Below, in pieces: positions 17,836 to 26,932 of a stretch of DNA of 40,716 nt (its first letter is position 1; every line of letters starts with the position of its first letter). Both the position numbers and the translations under genes were made by a program. The DNA is taken from IMG/VR virus record IMGVR_UViG_3300037851_000243, positions 1-40,716 of that record; one strand, given 5' to 3'. Origin of the DNA: a virus. The notes under the pieces are model-generated. The model worked only from the letters and a program-made list of their open reading frames with translations, ran no database searches and was not told where the DNA came from.

Positions 17836-20800
17836 TGGGCACAGTGCGCATCACCGATCCGCAAGGCCGGTCTTATGAAATCTCCGCACCGGACGGCGCG
17901 TCTGATGCGGAGATTCTGGATTATTTCAGAAAGAACGTGGGCGACGGCCAGTCCGGCACGGCATCGCCGCCGTTGGCAAGCGCGTATCATTCCGGGTTGT
18001 CGCGTCCCGAAATCGCAGAATACGAGAACAGGCGCAAAGACCCCGGTGGCATGTACCATCGGCGCCTCAATCAGGCCGTGACGCTTGGTGGTGGTGATGA
18101 ATTCACATCCGGCATGAACGCGCTGTGGGATACCATCAGAGGCGACAATACGCGGGGCAGCAGTTTCGGTGAGCGGTTTGCATCCCGTCAACGCGTGCAG
18201 GAAGCGCTTAATAAGGAAATGCGCGACCAGACAGCGGGCTTTGGTGGTGGCATTTTGGACGTGGTCGGGGGTCTGGCGATGGGCGCACCCAAGGCGGCCG
18301 CGACGGCGATCGGCAATGTGGCCGGTCCGGCCACGCCTGGCGCCTGGAATGCGGTAAAGCAGTTCACGCCCGAGTTCATCAAGCAAGCACCGCAGATTGC
18401 CAAGGTTGGCGCAGGCTACGGGGCCGCGCACGCATTTATGGACAGTGAAGGCGATGCGTCCGATCGTTTGGCCCACGTTCCCGGCGGTGCTGTTGATGGT
18501 GCCAAAGGCGCGCTCGTGTTCGGCGCGGGCCTTGGGACAGCGCTGGCCGCCAAACAGGGACGTGCCGTTGCCAAGGCGGAGCGGGTCGCGGCGCAGCAGG
18601 ACAACGCGCGCGAGATGACCGATGTCGGCGTGACACCATTTGCCCCCGCAATCACGCAAAATCGCTTTGCGCGTGGCATGGCCGAAGGGCTTGCTGATAG
18701 TATTGTTGGTGCACCTGTGCGCCGCGGCGCACAGCAATCGATTGATGAAACATCGGACGCGTTCCGCGCCATGTTGCGTCCCCATACGTTCGGCCAAGCC
18801 TCCAGTGAACTCGGGGACGAGTTGCAAGGCATTCTGCAGAAACAGCTGCGCAGCCGAACCGTCGATGATTGGAAGACGGCAACCGATGCCGACTTGGAAC
18901 GGACTGTGGGGCCTGTCACGGAGCATGGGTTTAGGCCGCCGCGCCCTATTGTCGAGCCCGTGGCGCCAAGGACTGTCGACCCGGTTGTGCCGGACTATAC
19001 CCGGTATCCGCCACAGAACGAACCGGCACCGAATATCGCGGTCGAAGCCAAGTATCCGCGGTTTGAGGATATGCCGGACCGAAGCGCGGCGAAGATCGCC
19101 GAACTCACCCATCGCGCTGAAGTGCATGGTGCGGAGGGTCGCCGCTTGAGCGCGGACATCGCGAAAGCGGAGCAAGACATCATGCGCTTGCGTCGAGAGG
19201 TCGTCGATAAATTCAAGGACGATCCCACCGACGTCTATGGCGATCTGCCATTGGTGTACGGTGGTTCGGTGAACAAGTTCCGCGGCTTGCTTGGCAAGCG
19301 CTCGGAAATTTTCTCGAAAATCAAGGATCCCACGATCTGGCATGATGGGTTTGATCCGTTGGCCAGCGATCATGGCTGGAATCCCCGTGCTGTCGCTGCG
19401 CTCCCGCCAGAGTACGTGCAACGGTTCAACAAAGCGCACGCCGATTTGGACGCGCTGAATCAGAAACGAACAACGCACGCAGAGGCAGCTCGTGCGGCCG
19501 ACGAACAGCGCCGGACGCTGGCGGAGACAAGCGAGAGCGACAGGCTTTTGGATTGGAAAGCGGCCGTCACGCGAGAGCGGACGCGGGCGGAGCTTGAGGC
19601 GCGGCGCGCGGTTGAGGACAGCCAGAAGGACAGCGCGCGACGACGCGCAGACGCAGAGGCCGCAGCAGAGACGCAACGGCTTGTCGAGCGTGCGCGCCGC
19701 GATGCCGATGCACAGACGCGGGCGGCGCAGGAGGCGGCCGACCTGGAATGGCAGAACCGACCGAATGCGATGCAATTCGGCACGTCACGCACGCACACGT
19801 ATCCCGATGAAGCGGCAGCCGCTTATGAAGCGGTCGATCGCGCGACCCCACGGTTTCAGACCAATGTGCTTGGTCGCCCGGCGACATCGAAGCTGGGTGC
19901 GGCGGAGACGGCGACAAGCCACTTGCTGTCTGATCTCGCTGACAAGGCACGCATCCAGTATCATCACAAGGGATATCGCGGCGCTGTTTACGATAATGGC
20001 AGTTATCGGTTTGATCCGCAATTCTTCGCCCATCTGCGCACACTCTATGGACCGAAAATATCCGATCATTTGGCCAGCTACGCCAATATGCGGGCAGGCG
20101 GTGCGGCGCAATTCGATATTCGCCGCATGCACGCCTTCAGAACCGTGATCGGGCAGGAACTACAGGACGTGCGCTTGGCCAAGAAAATCGGCGCGCCGCG
20201 CACCGAAGACGAGGTACAATTGGATCGTCTCTATAAGGCGGTGTCAGAGGATATTGATGCGGCCAAGCGCGCCGTTCCAGGCGGCGCGCGCGCGGCTGAC
20301 ATGCGCAAGGCCGTTGATGACGCCTACGCCGATCACAAGACTGTTGTCGAGAAGCCGCTGTTGCGCGTGTTTGGCGAGAAGGTCGCTCCGATTGAAGCCA
20401 TGGAGCGCCTTGGAACGGCCGTCGAGCGCGGAGACTTGCGCACGGTGAATGCCTTCATGCGCGTGTTGAAGGACAAGGACGACCCTATCAAGGGCGCAAT
20501 GGCCATTGTCGCGCATATGACGGAGAATGCCAGGGATCTCGGCAGCATCATGAAGGGTCTCGCGAAGATTCCACCGGAATCGCGAGCGGTGCTATTCCAG
20601 ACGCCGGCCGGTCGCGAGTATCGAACGGCGCTGGAGAAGATTGAGCGCGTCGCCCAGAAATTGCGTCCCTATCAGAAAGCCATCGAGACAAGCGGCAAAG
20701 GGTTTGGCGTCGCCAACACGATTCTCGGGACCAGCATCATCGGACATGCCATTCATGCGCTGGCGGCTCCCATGACCACCGCCAGCGGTGCGGGAGGCGC

Positions 20801-21698
20801 ATATTTGCTGGGCCGCTTCTTGGCATCGCCGCGGTATGTGCAATGGTTGACCAAGACGCCGAGCGTCTCCGCGTTGCGCGGGTCAAACCCGTTGTTCCAG
20901 AAAACCATCGCGCGTCTGTCAGCCGTCGCAGCCGCAGACTCCGAAACCGGTGATGCGATCTTGTCAGCCATTGGCAATGCGATCCGCCCAGGCAGTGCTA
21001 ATGCGATGTTTGCTGGCGAGTCGGCTGCGACGGCGGATCGAAAGATGCTGGCCAAAGCCCAAGAGATGGAAAACAACGGTGCCGACCGTGATGCGATCTG
21101 GAAAACAACGGGGTGGTTCAAGCAACCGGACGGACGGTGGCGCTACGAGATCAGCGATGACAAAGCGAACACGACGCCGATGTTCGATGCGACACACGCT
21201 GTGTCGCGTCAGAAGAGATCAATGCACCAAACGCAGATGAAAAATCTTCTGCAGCATGACCGATTGTATGACGCTTATCCGGATATCGGGTCAATGCCGG
21301 TGACGATGCACAACTTCGGTCCAAAATTAGAGGCCGCCGCTTATTACCTCCCCGGCGACGATGAAACGGTTCTCAACACCCATCCCAAAAACGGTGCCGG
21401 GCGTAACGAGGTGCTGCATGAAATTCAGCATGCAATCCAGAAGCGCGAGGGCTTTCGCTATGGCGATTTGCGGGCCGGTAAGGTCGTGTTTGATGACACC
21501 TACTATCGCAAACCAGGTGAGGCCGAAGCGTATAACGTCGACGACCGCGCGAACATGACAGCCGAAGAACGGTGGGCAACGCCGCCGTGGCAAACGGGAC
21601 GTGTCGCCGAGCGTGACATTGAGTGGGGTTCGACGCATGCCAAATCGATGAGCGTCGAGGACAGGAAGAAACGCCGCAACAGTCATCGCAACAGATAG
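17835..21698 (+). CDS. Giant internal virion / polyvalent-type protein with a C-terminal zincin-like HExxH domain (1287 aa)
   Basis: TAATG coupling to the upstream gene. The N-terminus has ITDPQGRSYEISAPDGASDAEILDYF. The C-terminus has WKTTGWFKQPDGRWRYEISDD ... VLHEIQHAIQKREGF, with HEIQH at 21417-21431. Confidence 0.85.
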   Translation: MGTVRITDPQGRSYEISAPDGASDAEILDYFRKNVGDGQSGTASPPLASAYHSGLSRPEIAEYENRRKDPGGMYHRRLNQAVTLGGGDEFTSGMNALWDTIRGDNTRGSSFGERFASRQRVQEALNKEMRDQTAGFGGGILDVVGGLAMGAPKAAATAIGNVAGPATPGAWNAVKQFTPEFIKQAPQIAKVGAGYGAAHAFMDSEGDASDRLAHVPGGAVDGAKGALVFGAGLGTALAAKQGRAVAKAERVAAQQDNAREMTDVGVTPFAPAITQNRFARGMAEGLADSIVGAPVRRGAQQSIDETSDAFRAMLRPHTFGQASSELGDELQGILQKQLRSRTVDDWKTATDADLERTVGPVTEHGFRPPRPIVEPVAPRTVDPVVPDYTRYPPQNEPAPNIAVEAKYPRFEDMPDRSAAKIAELTHRAEVHGAEGRRLSADIAKAEQDIMRLRREVVDKFKDDPTDVYGDLPLVYGGSVNKFRGLLGKRSEIFSKIKDPTIWHDGFDPLASDHGWNPRAVAALPPEYVQRFNKAHADLDALNQKRTTHAEAARAADEQRRTLAETSESDRLLDWKAAVTRERTRAELEARRAVEDSQKDSARRRADAEAAAETQRLVERARRDADAQTRAAQEAADLEWQNRPNAMQFGTSRTHTYPDEAAAAYEAVDRATPRFQTNVLGRPATSKLGAAETATSHLLSDLADKARIQYHHKGYRGAVYDNGSYRFDPQFFAHLRTLYGPKISDHLASYANMRAGGAAQFDIRRMHAFRTVIGQELQDVRLAKKIGAPRTEDEVQLDRLYKAVSEDIDAAKRAVPGGARAADMRKAVDDAYADHKTVVEKPLLRVFGEKVAPIEAMERLGTAVERGDLRTVNAFMRVLKDKDDPIKGAMAIVAHMTENARDLGSIMKGLAKIPPESRAVLFQTPAGREYRTALEKIERVAQKLRPYQKAIETSGKGFGVANTILGTSIIGHAIHALAAPMTTASGAGGAYLLGRFLASPRYVQWLTKTPSVSALRGSNPLFQKTIARLSAVAAADSETGDAILSAIGNAIRPGSANAMFAGESAATADRKMLAKAQEMENNGADRDAIWKTTGWFKQPDGRWRYEISDDKANTTPMFDATHAVSRQKRSMHQTQMKNLLQHDRLYDAYPDIGSMPVTMHNFGPKLEAAAYYLPGDDETVLNTHPKNGAGRNEVLHEIQHAIQKREGFRYGDLRAGKVVFDDTYYRKPGEAEAYNVDDRANMTAEERWATPPWQTGRVAERDIEWGSTHAKSMSVEDRKKRRNSHRNR

Positions 21699-21715
21699 CG
21701 AGGAAGACATCTCTC

Positions 21716-22075
21716 ATGAACCCGCACCTTCAGCAGTTGATGCAACGCCGCCAACCCATGCCGGACCCTCGTTCCGCATCACCCGTGGCGGATTATGCGT
21801 TGCGGACAATCGAGAGTGCCGCCCAGCGGCATGGCCTCCAATCCTTGCGGTCGAACCCGGAAGCGCTTTTCAAGGCGCTCGCCGACAAAGAGCCGACCGA
21901 CATCATCCTGGAGTCCATTGACCAACTGTCGCAGCAGCTCAACATTCGGCCGCCGTGGGCGGCCCCGCCGCCGGTTCCGGACGGTGTCCTTGGTCAACAA
22001 CAAAGCCAGCGGATCGCGCCACAGAGTCCGATTGGCGGTGTGCTGGGCCAATTCCAACGTGCGCCGCTGCCGTGA
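21716..22075 (+). CDS. Hypothetical protein (119 aa)
   Basis: RBS gaggaag (21700-21706) precedes ATG 21716. The C-terminus is Pro/Gln-rich. Confidence 0.55.
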   Translation: MNPHLQQLMQRRQPMPDPRSASPVADYALRTIESAAQRHGLQSLRSNPEALFKALADKEPTDIILESIDQLSQQLNIRPPWAAPPPVPDGVLGQQQSQRIAPQSPIGGVLGQFQRAPLP

Positions 22076-22713
22076 GTGACTTGGGCCTCCTCGGACGCTT
22101 CGTCCAATCGGAAAAGGATACCCGGCCTTACGCCGAAACCCTGCAGAGGGGGGCGCTTGTACCGCTCGGCATAAACGGGTTTACGGGCAAGGCCGAACTC
22201 GCTGTGCCATCGCTGATTGCCGGACCGACGCTCGCGGCTCAGGCGTATTTCGACGATCCGATCCGCGAAGGCGAATTGCCCAGCAATCGGACTGATGCCG
22301 TTCTCAACGCCATCAAAGCCGCCACGGGGGCGCAGGGTGCCGGCGGGATGTTTTTCCGTCCGCTCGGATCCCTCGGAATGGCCGGGCGGCCGCGCACCAT
22401 CGAATGGAACGACGCGCGTATCAAGCAATTGATGCAGATGCGCGAAGAAGGGCGCCCTGATCGCACGATTGCTGATGCGTTAGGGATCAGCCGTCCTGCG
22501 GTCCACCGCGCCGCGGCACGGTTCGGCGCGGTGACACGACCCATCGGCCGGCCAAGCGTTGCCGATCAGGTCGAACCGCACAGACTGTCGGCGCTTCGTG
22601 CGATGTATGAAAACGGAACAATGTCACAAACAGAGATCGGGAATTATCTCGGCATAACGCAGGGTGCTGTGTCACAACTCTTGAAGCGGATAAAAGATGG
22701 CGGAAATCAATGA
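22072..22713 (+). CDS. DNA-binding protein with a GcrA-like domain and a second HTH (213 aa)
   Basis: GTG 22072 is in a GTGA overlap. IEWNDARIKQLMQMREEGRPDRTIADALGISRPAVHRAAARFG matches the W-x-D-x-R...L...EG.S...IA..LG.SRNAV pattern of the GcrA N-terminal domain. A second HTH is MSQTEIGNYLGITQGAVSQLLKRI. Confidence 0.6.
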   Translation: MSDLGLLGRFVQSEKDTRPYAETLQRGALVPLGINGFTGKAELAVPSLIAGPTLAAQAYFDDPIREGELPSNRTDAVLNAIKAATGAQGAGGMFFRPLGSLGMAGRPRTIEWNDARIKQLMQMREEGRPDRTIADALGISRPAVHRAAARFGAVTRPIGRPSVADQVEPHRLSALRAMYENGTMSQTEIGNYLGITQGAVSQLLKRIKDGGNQ

Positions 22714-23263
22714 TCTGAACGTGAACCCCGCAACCAACACCGGTCGGTTCCCCGAGGGGATGTTGGTGCCGCAAATCAACGATGCCGGACGCGATCTGGA
22801 AGCCGCTCTCGCGCGGCAGCATAAGGATTTGAGCGCTGTTGGGATCACGTCGGGAACGGCGACCGCATACAGTCTGGTACCGTTTCGCACGCGCGCTGCC
22901 TATGCGGCGGGTGATTCCTACATTGTGCGGTTTCATGTGGCCAATACCGGTGCCGCGACGATGGCTGTGGGCGGGCTCGCAGCCAAGCCGCTGCTGCGAC
23001 AAAGCAATGCAGCACTGGCTGCCGGTGACATCCTCGTCAATCAGGTCGTTCACATCGTCTACAACGCCAGCAACGATAGCTTCGTCTGCATCGGGATCGG
23101 TGCCGTTCTGGCCGGGCTCGACAGCTACACACTGGCAACGCTGCCGGCGGCCAGCGGAACCAAGCGCATGATTTATGTCTCGGATGAGACCGGCGGCGCC
23201 ACGCCGGCCTTCAACGATGGGACCAATTGGCGCCGCGTCACCGACAGGGCGATTGTATCATGA
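22697..23263 (+). CDS. Tail-fibre-like protein (DUF2793-like C-terminus) (188 aa)
   Basis: The N-terminus reads NPATNTGRFPEGMLVPQINDAGRDLEAALAR...TSGTATAYSL. The C-terminus reads LATLPAASGTKRMIYVSDETGGATPAFNDGTNWRRV. This pattern is common in small fibre proteins of alphaproteobacterial phages. Confidence 0.6.
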   Translation: MAEINDLNVNPATNTGRFPEGMLVPQINDAGRDLEAALARQHKDLSAVGITSGTATAYSLVPFRTRAAYAAGDSYIVRFHVANTGAATMAVGGLAAKPLLRQSNAALAAGDILVNQVVHIVYNASNDSFVCIGIGAVLAGLDSYTLATLPAASGTKRMIYVSDETGGATPAFNDGTNWRRVTDRAIVS

Positions 23264-23709
23264 CAACCAAAGATCTCATCAGAGACGAAGCACGGCGGCG
23301 TGTCGCCAGAGCCCTCGGCACCGGATACGGGGCGGACATCGGTCTAGCCGAACTGGAAGTGGTGTTTTCGTGGATGCTGAAGCCGCATAACGGACATCGG
23401 CAAACCGCGCACAATGTGCTGCAAATCATCGCCAGCGCGCGCAATCTGTCAAACAGCCTGCCCGATGATTATCAGGACGACCGCCATTGGCCGCACAGCC
23501 TTGTAGTTCCGGCCGTGATACCCGACCCGTCGCGGCCGGCTGCGATGGGCCATCAAGACTCCGATGGTGGGTCGTTCGATGAGGTCAAGTCACTGCTCAT
23601 CGACGTTGTGTCCAACCTCAACGCACTGCGGATCAAGGTGGAGGACCACGATGCCATCATGACAGCGCTCAAGACGATCGCGGCCGAGAAGGCACAGGTG
23701 GCAGCATGA
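23260..23709 (+). CDS. Hypothetical protein (149 aa)
   Basis: ATGA coupling at both ends. No hydrophobic segment is present. Confidence 0.55.
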   Translation: MTTKDLIRDEARRRVARALGTGYGADIGLAELEVVFSWMLKPHNGHRQTAHNVLQIIASARNLSNSLPDDYQDDRHWPHSLVVPAVIPDPSRPAAMGHQDSDGGSFDEVKSLLIDVVSNLNALRIKVEDHDAIMTALKTIAAEKAQVAA

Positions 23710-24452
23710 ACGTATCAAACAAAGGGATCGACTTCATTGTGTCATTCGAGGGCAAGTTGAAAAAACTCCCTGACGGCCGCTATATCGCGTACCGCTGTCC
23801 AGCCAACGTCCTGACCATCTATGCAGGTTGCACTGAAGGCGTGCGAGAGGGCATGATCTGCAGCGAGGACGAAGGTAAAGCGATGTTTCGCCGCGAGCTG
23901 GTGAAACATGAGGCGGCGGTGCGGCGGCTGGTGACTGTCGATCTGACGCAGAACCAATTCGACGCTCTGGTGTCGTTGTCCTACAACGTGGGGAGCGGAG
24001 CATTGGCACGCTCGACGCTGCTTAAGCACCTCAATGGAGGCGACTATCCGCGCGCCGCATCGCACTTCGGCGACTTCAAGAAGGTGGGCGGGAAAGTTCT
24101 CAAAGGTCTTGTGCGCCGTCGCGCTGCGGAGGCGGCTTTATTCATGGACGACGCCGAGCCGACCGAGATGGCGCAAAAGGTCGATGCGCCAGATATCAAG
24201 ATGAAGCCCATGGAAACAGCAATGAAAGTGGCTGCTCCCGTGGCGGTAACGGCAACGGCCGCCGCGCCGTTAGTCGCGGAGGTTCCGAGGGCCGTCACCG
24301 ATACTGTTGCAAACATCGGGGCGTGGAAAGCAGCCGGACAATCGATTGCGGCGCTCACTCCGAACAAGGAACTTGTGATTGCACTGGCGTTGGGTGGTGT
24401 CGCGTTCGCAACTATAAAATTCATAGGTCCGAAAATCTGGAAATCACAATGA
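23706..24452 (+). CDS. Endolysin, T4-lysozyme-like (GH24) with a C-terminal hydrophobic anchor (248 aa)
   Basis: Contains GIDFIVSFEGKL... (catalytic Glu context), ...QNQFDALVSLSYNVGSGAL... and GLVRRRAAEAALF. The C-terminal segment is ELVIALALGGVAFATIKFIGPKIW. Confidence 0.9.
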   Translation: MNVSNKGIDFIVSFEGKLKKLPDGRYIAYRCPANVLTIYAGCTEGVREGMICSEDEGKAMFRRELVKHEAAVRRLVTVDLTQNQFDALVSLSYNVGSGALARSTLLKHLNGGDYPRAASHFGDFKKVGGKVLKGLVRRRAAEAALFMDDAEPTEMAQKVDAPDIKMKPMETAMKVAAPVAVTATAAAPLVAEVPRAVTDTVANIGAWKAAGQSIAALTPNKELVIALALGGVAFATIKFIGPKIWKSQ

Positions 24453-24706
24453 ACCCGTTCAATGTGGTCGCGGCGATCGTCGCCGTATCGGTCGCTGGGA
24501 TTACCTACAAAGCGATCCAGACATCAGCCGTTGTGACTGAGCGTGCGCGCGTCGAACAGAAAGCGAAAAAGATCGATGCCAAAGCGCAAAGCGCTCGCAA
24601 GTCTGCTGCCTCTGATCCTGGCGGCGTGCTCTCCGGGTACTGCAGAGATTGTGGAAAGTCCGGCTCTGTGTCGATCGTGGCGCCCGGTGACGGTGTCAAG
24701 AAATGA
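24449..24706 (+). CDS. Putative i-spanin (Rz-like) (85 aa)
   Basis: ATGA coupling to the endolysin gene, an N-terminal TM (FNVVAAIVAVSVAGITY) and then a charged helix. A lipoprotein ORF overlaps it out of frame. Confidence 0.55.
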   Translation: MNPFNVVAAIVAVSVAGITYKAIQTSAVVTERARVEQKAKKIDAKAQSARKSAASDPGGVLSGYCRDCGKSGSVSIVAPGDGVKK

Positions 24707-24815
24707 CCGGTTGACCGAACAGACCGCCGAAGAGATTGCAGCCAACAACGCCGCCCGCGATGTCTGGTGCGGTGAGCCTCCACCGAAAGTGTCGCGTCAG
24801 ATGGCAGCGAGATAA
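24576..24815 (+). CDS. Putative o-spanin (Rz1-like lipoprotein) (79 aa)
   Basis: MPKRKALASLLPLILAAC carries a lipobox (LAAC). The gene starts inside 24449-24706 in another frame and extends beyond it, which is the overlapped spanin architecture. Confidence 0.6.
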   Translation: MPKRKALASLLPLILAACSPGTAEIVESPALCRSWRPVTVSRNDRLTEQTAEEIAANNAARDVWCGEPPPKVSRQMAAR

Positions 24816-24829
24816 CACCATGGGCCGTT

Positions 24830-25078
24830 TTGATGAGCAGACAATCACCGAAGCGGTTCGAGCGCTTGCCGGATCGGATCGCCGCCGATCCGGAGTTCAT
24901 GCGCTGGCTGCTGAGCGACCACGAGGACCGCATTCAAGCCCTGGAAAGCACCCCGCCGCTACAGATAGCCGACGTCCAGACGCCGATCGGCCGGCTACCA
25001 TTGCCGGTAGTCATTCTGCTGGTGTCCTTGCTCATCTATATGCGGCCAGACCTCGCTTATCGACTGATCGGACAGTGA
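24830..25078 (+). CDS. Hypothetical protein with one C-terminal TM (82 aa); holin or lysis-regulator candidate
   Basis: This frame has G/C-rich third positions, unlike the competing 24736-25194 frame. The TM is LPLPVVILLVSLLIYM. It is the last gene of the late block. Confidence 0.5.
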   Translation: MMSRQSPKRFERLPDRIAADPEFMRWLLSDHEDRIQALESTPPLQIADVQTPIGRLPLPVVILLVSLLIYMRPDLAYRLIGQ

Positions 25079-25257
25079 GGTTGGTATGGATTGCCAGCGC
25101 CGTCGCTGGCACCCTGGCCGTCCATGCGCTGGCGACGCATGAGAAGCCGGCGAAGCCGGCCGTCATGGTCCATCATCTGCTATGGTGGCGGTAAGGGGAA
25201 CGGTTCAAGTGAACCAGAGGAGCGCTTTGTCAATCGACCGTAACCCATTGAGTGCAT

Positions 25258-25311
<54 letters not shown>

Positions 25312-25392
25312 TCACACCGAAATGCGTGTCGTTGTGGTATTTTTGTAGCGCTTCGCACGGTTTGGAGAGCCTGTTTTCGGCAGTGCAAAGGT

Positions 25393-26457
25393 TCATTGAA
25401 CCGACAACCGCTTCGGCAATTGGACCACTTCCGCAGCACCCCGCATGCTTTCAACACTGGGTTTCGCATAGGTGTCGCGAGTAATCTGCGGATTGGCGTG
25501 ACCAAGAAAGCGCGCGATTTTCTCCATTGGCACATCGCTCGCCTCAAGCCAGCTTGCTGCAGTATGGCGTAAAGTGTGCGGCGTCACGCCGTCTATGCCG
25601 GCACGACGGCACGCCGCGCGAAAGCCAACGCGGATGCACCTGACAGATTCACCGTTCCATTCGATGACGTGATCAGTCAGACGGCCTTCGCGGGCCTCTG
25701 CCAAAGCAGCGCGCGCCCAATCGTTGATATACGAGATTTTGGCGCGACCCTTGCGGACCGCCTTTGAAAGCGGGTTTATCTGTTCCTCGCGATTGAGGTC
25801 GATGCAACGCAATTCGAGGTCAACGCGATCCCAGGTCAACTCAAGCAGCGCGGTTGATCGTGCACCGGTCGCAATGGCCAAGATGATGAACAAGCGCATG
25901 TGCGGCATAACGCAGGCGTCGATGAGGCGTTGCGCTTCGTCGGGTGTCAAAATCCGCGATTTTGGCAGGGGTTTCGCAGGCAACCAGACATAGGGCGTCT
26001 CAGACAGCGCGCGGCGCTTGCAGGCCCAATTGAGGCATGCACGCAAGTATATCAGTTCAGTCCAGGCTGTACCGGCGGACCGGCCGACGTCGAGACGTTG
26101 TTGCGTGTAGTACCGGCACAGATCGGCCGTGATAGAGGCGGGACGCAACGGTCCAAAGACCGTTGCCAGTGCTTTCCAGTGATGATGCAACGATGCGACC
26201 TGCTTACCGTCCAGCGCCCGGTCCTTCACGTATTCACGCCAGATATCGGAGACGGTGAGGGACGCAACAGCTTTCAAGGTGTTGCGTTCGGCGATCCAGG
26301 CATTGAAGAGCGCCCGCGCTTGCGTCTCAGAGGTGGCGGGGCCGAGTCTGTTCCGATGCCGGGCTCCGGTGTCGTCGCGCCATGTCGCGACCGCTTGCCC
26401 TTTGAGAGAGCCAAGCGTGTACGGTCCAACTTGGTAATGCCGCCATCTTTTTCCCAT
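25393..26457 (-). CDS. int: Tyrosine integrase (354 aa)
   Basis: The C-terminal catalytic region has ATGARSTALLELTW (Arg), HTLRHTAASW (H-x-x-R) and ...LGHANPQITRDTYAK (His...Tyr). It is adjacent to the tRNA fragment and to xis. Confidence 0.93.
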   Translation of the reverse strand: MGKRWRHYQVGPYTLGSLKGQAVATWRDDTGARHRNRLGPATSETQARALFNAWIAERNTLKAVASLTVSDIWREYVKDRALDGKQVASLHHHWKALATVFGPLRPASITADLCRYYTQQRLDVGRSAGTAWTELIYLRACLNWACKRRALSETPYVWLPAKPLPKSRILTPDEAQRLIDACVMPHMRLFIILAIATGARSTALLELTWDRVDLELRCIDLNREEQINPLSKAVRKGRAKISYINDWARAALAEAREGRLTDHVIEWNGESVRCIRVGFRAACRRAGIDGVTPHTLRHTAASWLEASDVPMEKIARFLGHANPQITRDTYAKPSVESMRGAAEVVQLPKRLSVQ

Positions 26458-26597
26458 TGCTCGACGTCCTTCAAGCGCAAGCGCAAGATTTTCGCACCGA
26501 CTCGGAAATGCGGAATCAAGTCGTTCTCAATCATCAGGTAGACCTGACGCGCTGAGCAACCGAATCTTTCAGCAACTTGACGGACGGACAGGTTCAT
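26274..26597 (-). CDS. xis: Excisionase / AlpA-MerR-type HTH protein
   Basis: RBS aaggag precedes ATG 26597. The motif is MNLSVRQVAERFGCSARQVYLMIENDLIPHFRVGAKILRLRLKDVEQWEK. The frame stays open for 184 nt into int, so the functional part is probably the first 55-60 aa or so. Confidence 0.75.
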   Translation of the reverse strand: MNLSVRQVAERFGCSARQVYLMIENDLIPHFRVGAKILRLRLKDVEQWEKDGGITKLDRTRLALSKGKRSRHGATTPEPGIGTDSAPPPLRRKRGRSSMPGSPNATP

Positions 26598-26932
26598 TCG
26601 GTCTCCTTCATGGATCGAGACCACGGATCGTATGCGGCGGGTCGCTTTGGGAACGGACGCGACGACTTCCGAATGCCAGCGTGCTTCTCGTAGATACGCT
26701 GGGATTTCGCAATTTGCGGAACGTCGGTCTTGCTTGTCTTCAGCCGGTGGCAGCGGCGATCAAGGACCATACAATTGTCCAAGCTGTTGGTTCCCCCGAG
26801 TGCGGCAGGAACGATATGATCGTATTCAGCCCTGGTCATCAGTTTTTGCCCGCAGCCGCATTCACAAAAGCCGTTCGCGCGCTGGAACGCCTCGAGCTTC
26901 GTGGCCTTGGAAAATTCAGCGCGCTTGTTCAT
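26594..26932 (-). CDS. HNH endonuclease (112 aa)
   Basis: Contains CECGCGQKL...YDHIVPAALGGTNSLDNCMVLDRRCHRLKT (HNH with Cys pairs). I chose ATG 26932 (MNKRAEF). The stop overlaps the xis ATG (ATGA). Confidence 0.85.
   Translation of the reverse strand: MNKRAEFSKATKLEAFQRANGFCECGCGQKLMTRAEYDHIVPAALGGTNSLDNCMVLDRRCHRLKTSKTDVPQIAKSQRIYEKHAGIRKSSRPFPKRPAAYDPWSRSMKETE

Noticed and set aside
17832-19775. 647-aa ORF on the minus strand
   Set aside because: It is antisense to the 1287-aa internal virion gene. Composition is low-complexity and Arg/Cys/Leu-rich. The plus-strand gene has the coherent coupling and motifs.
24736-25194. 152-aa ORF in an alternative frame after the spanins
   Set aside because: The translation is Arg/Pro/Ala-rich and third-position bias is poorer than in the 24830-25078 frame. 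It would also run into the attP region.
26274-26457. The 184-nt xis/int overlap as evidence of a frameshifted fusion
   Set aside because: Both genes have their own RBS-supported starts and complete recognisable domains. The overlapping tail of the xis frame is Gly/Arg/Pro-rich and probably just lacks an early stop. I saw no slippery site.
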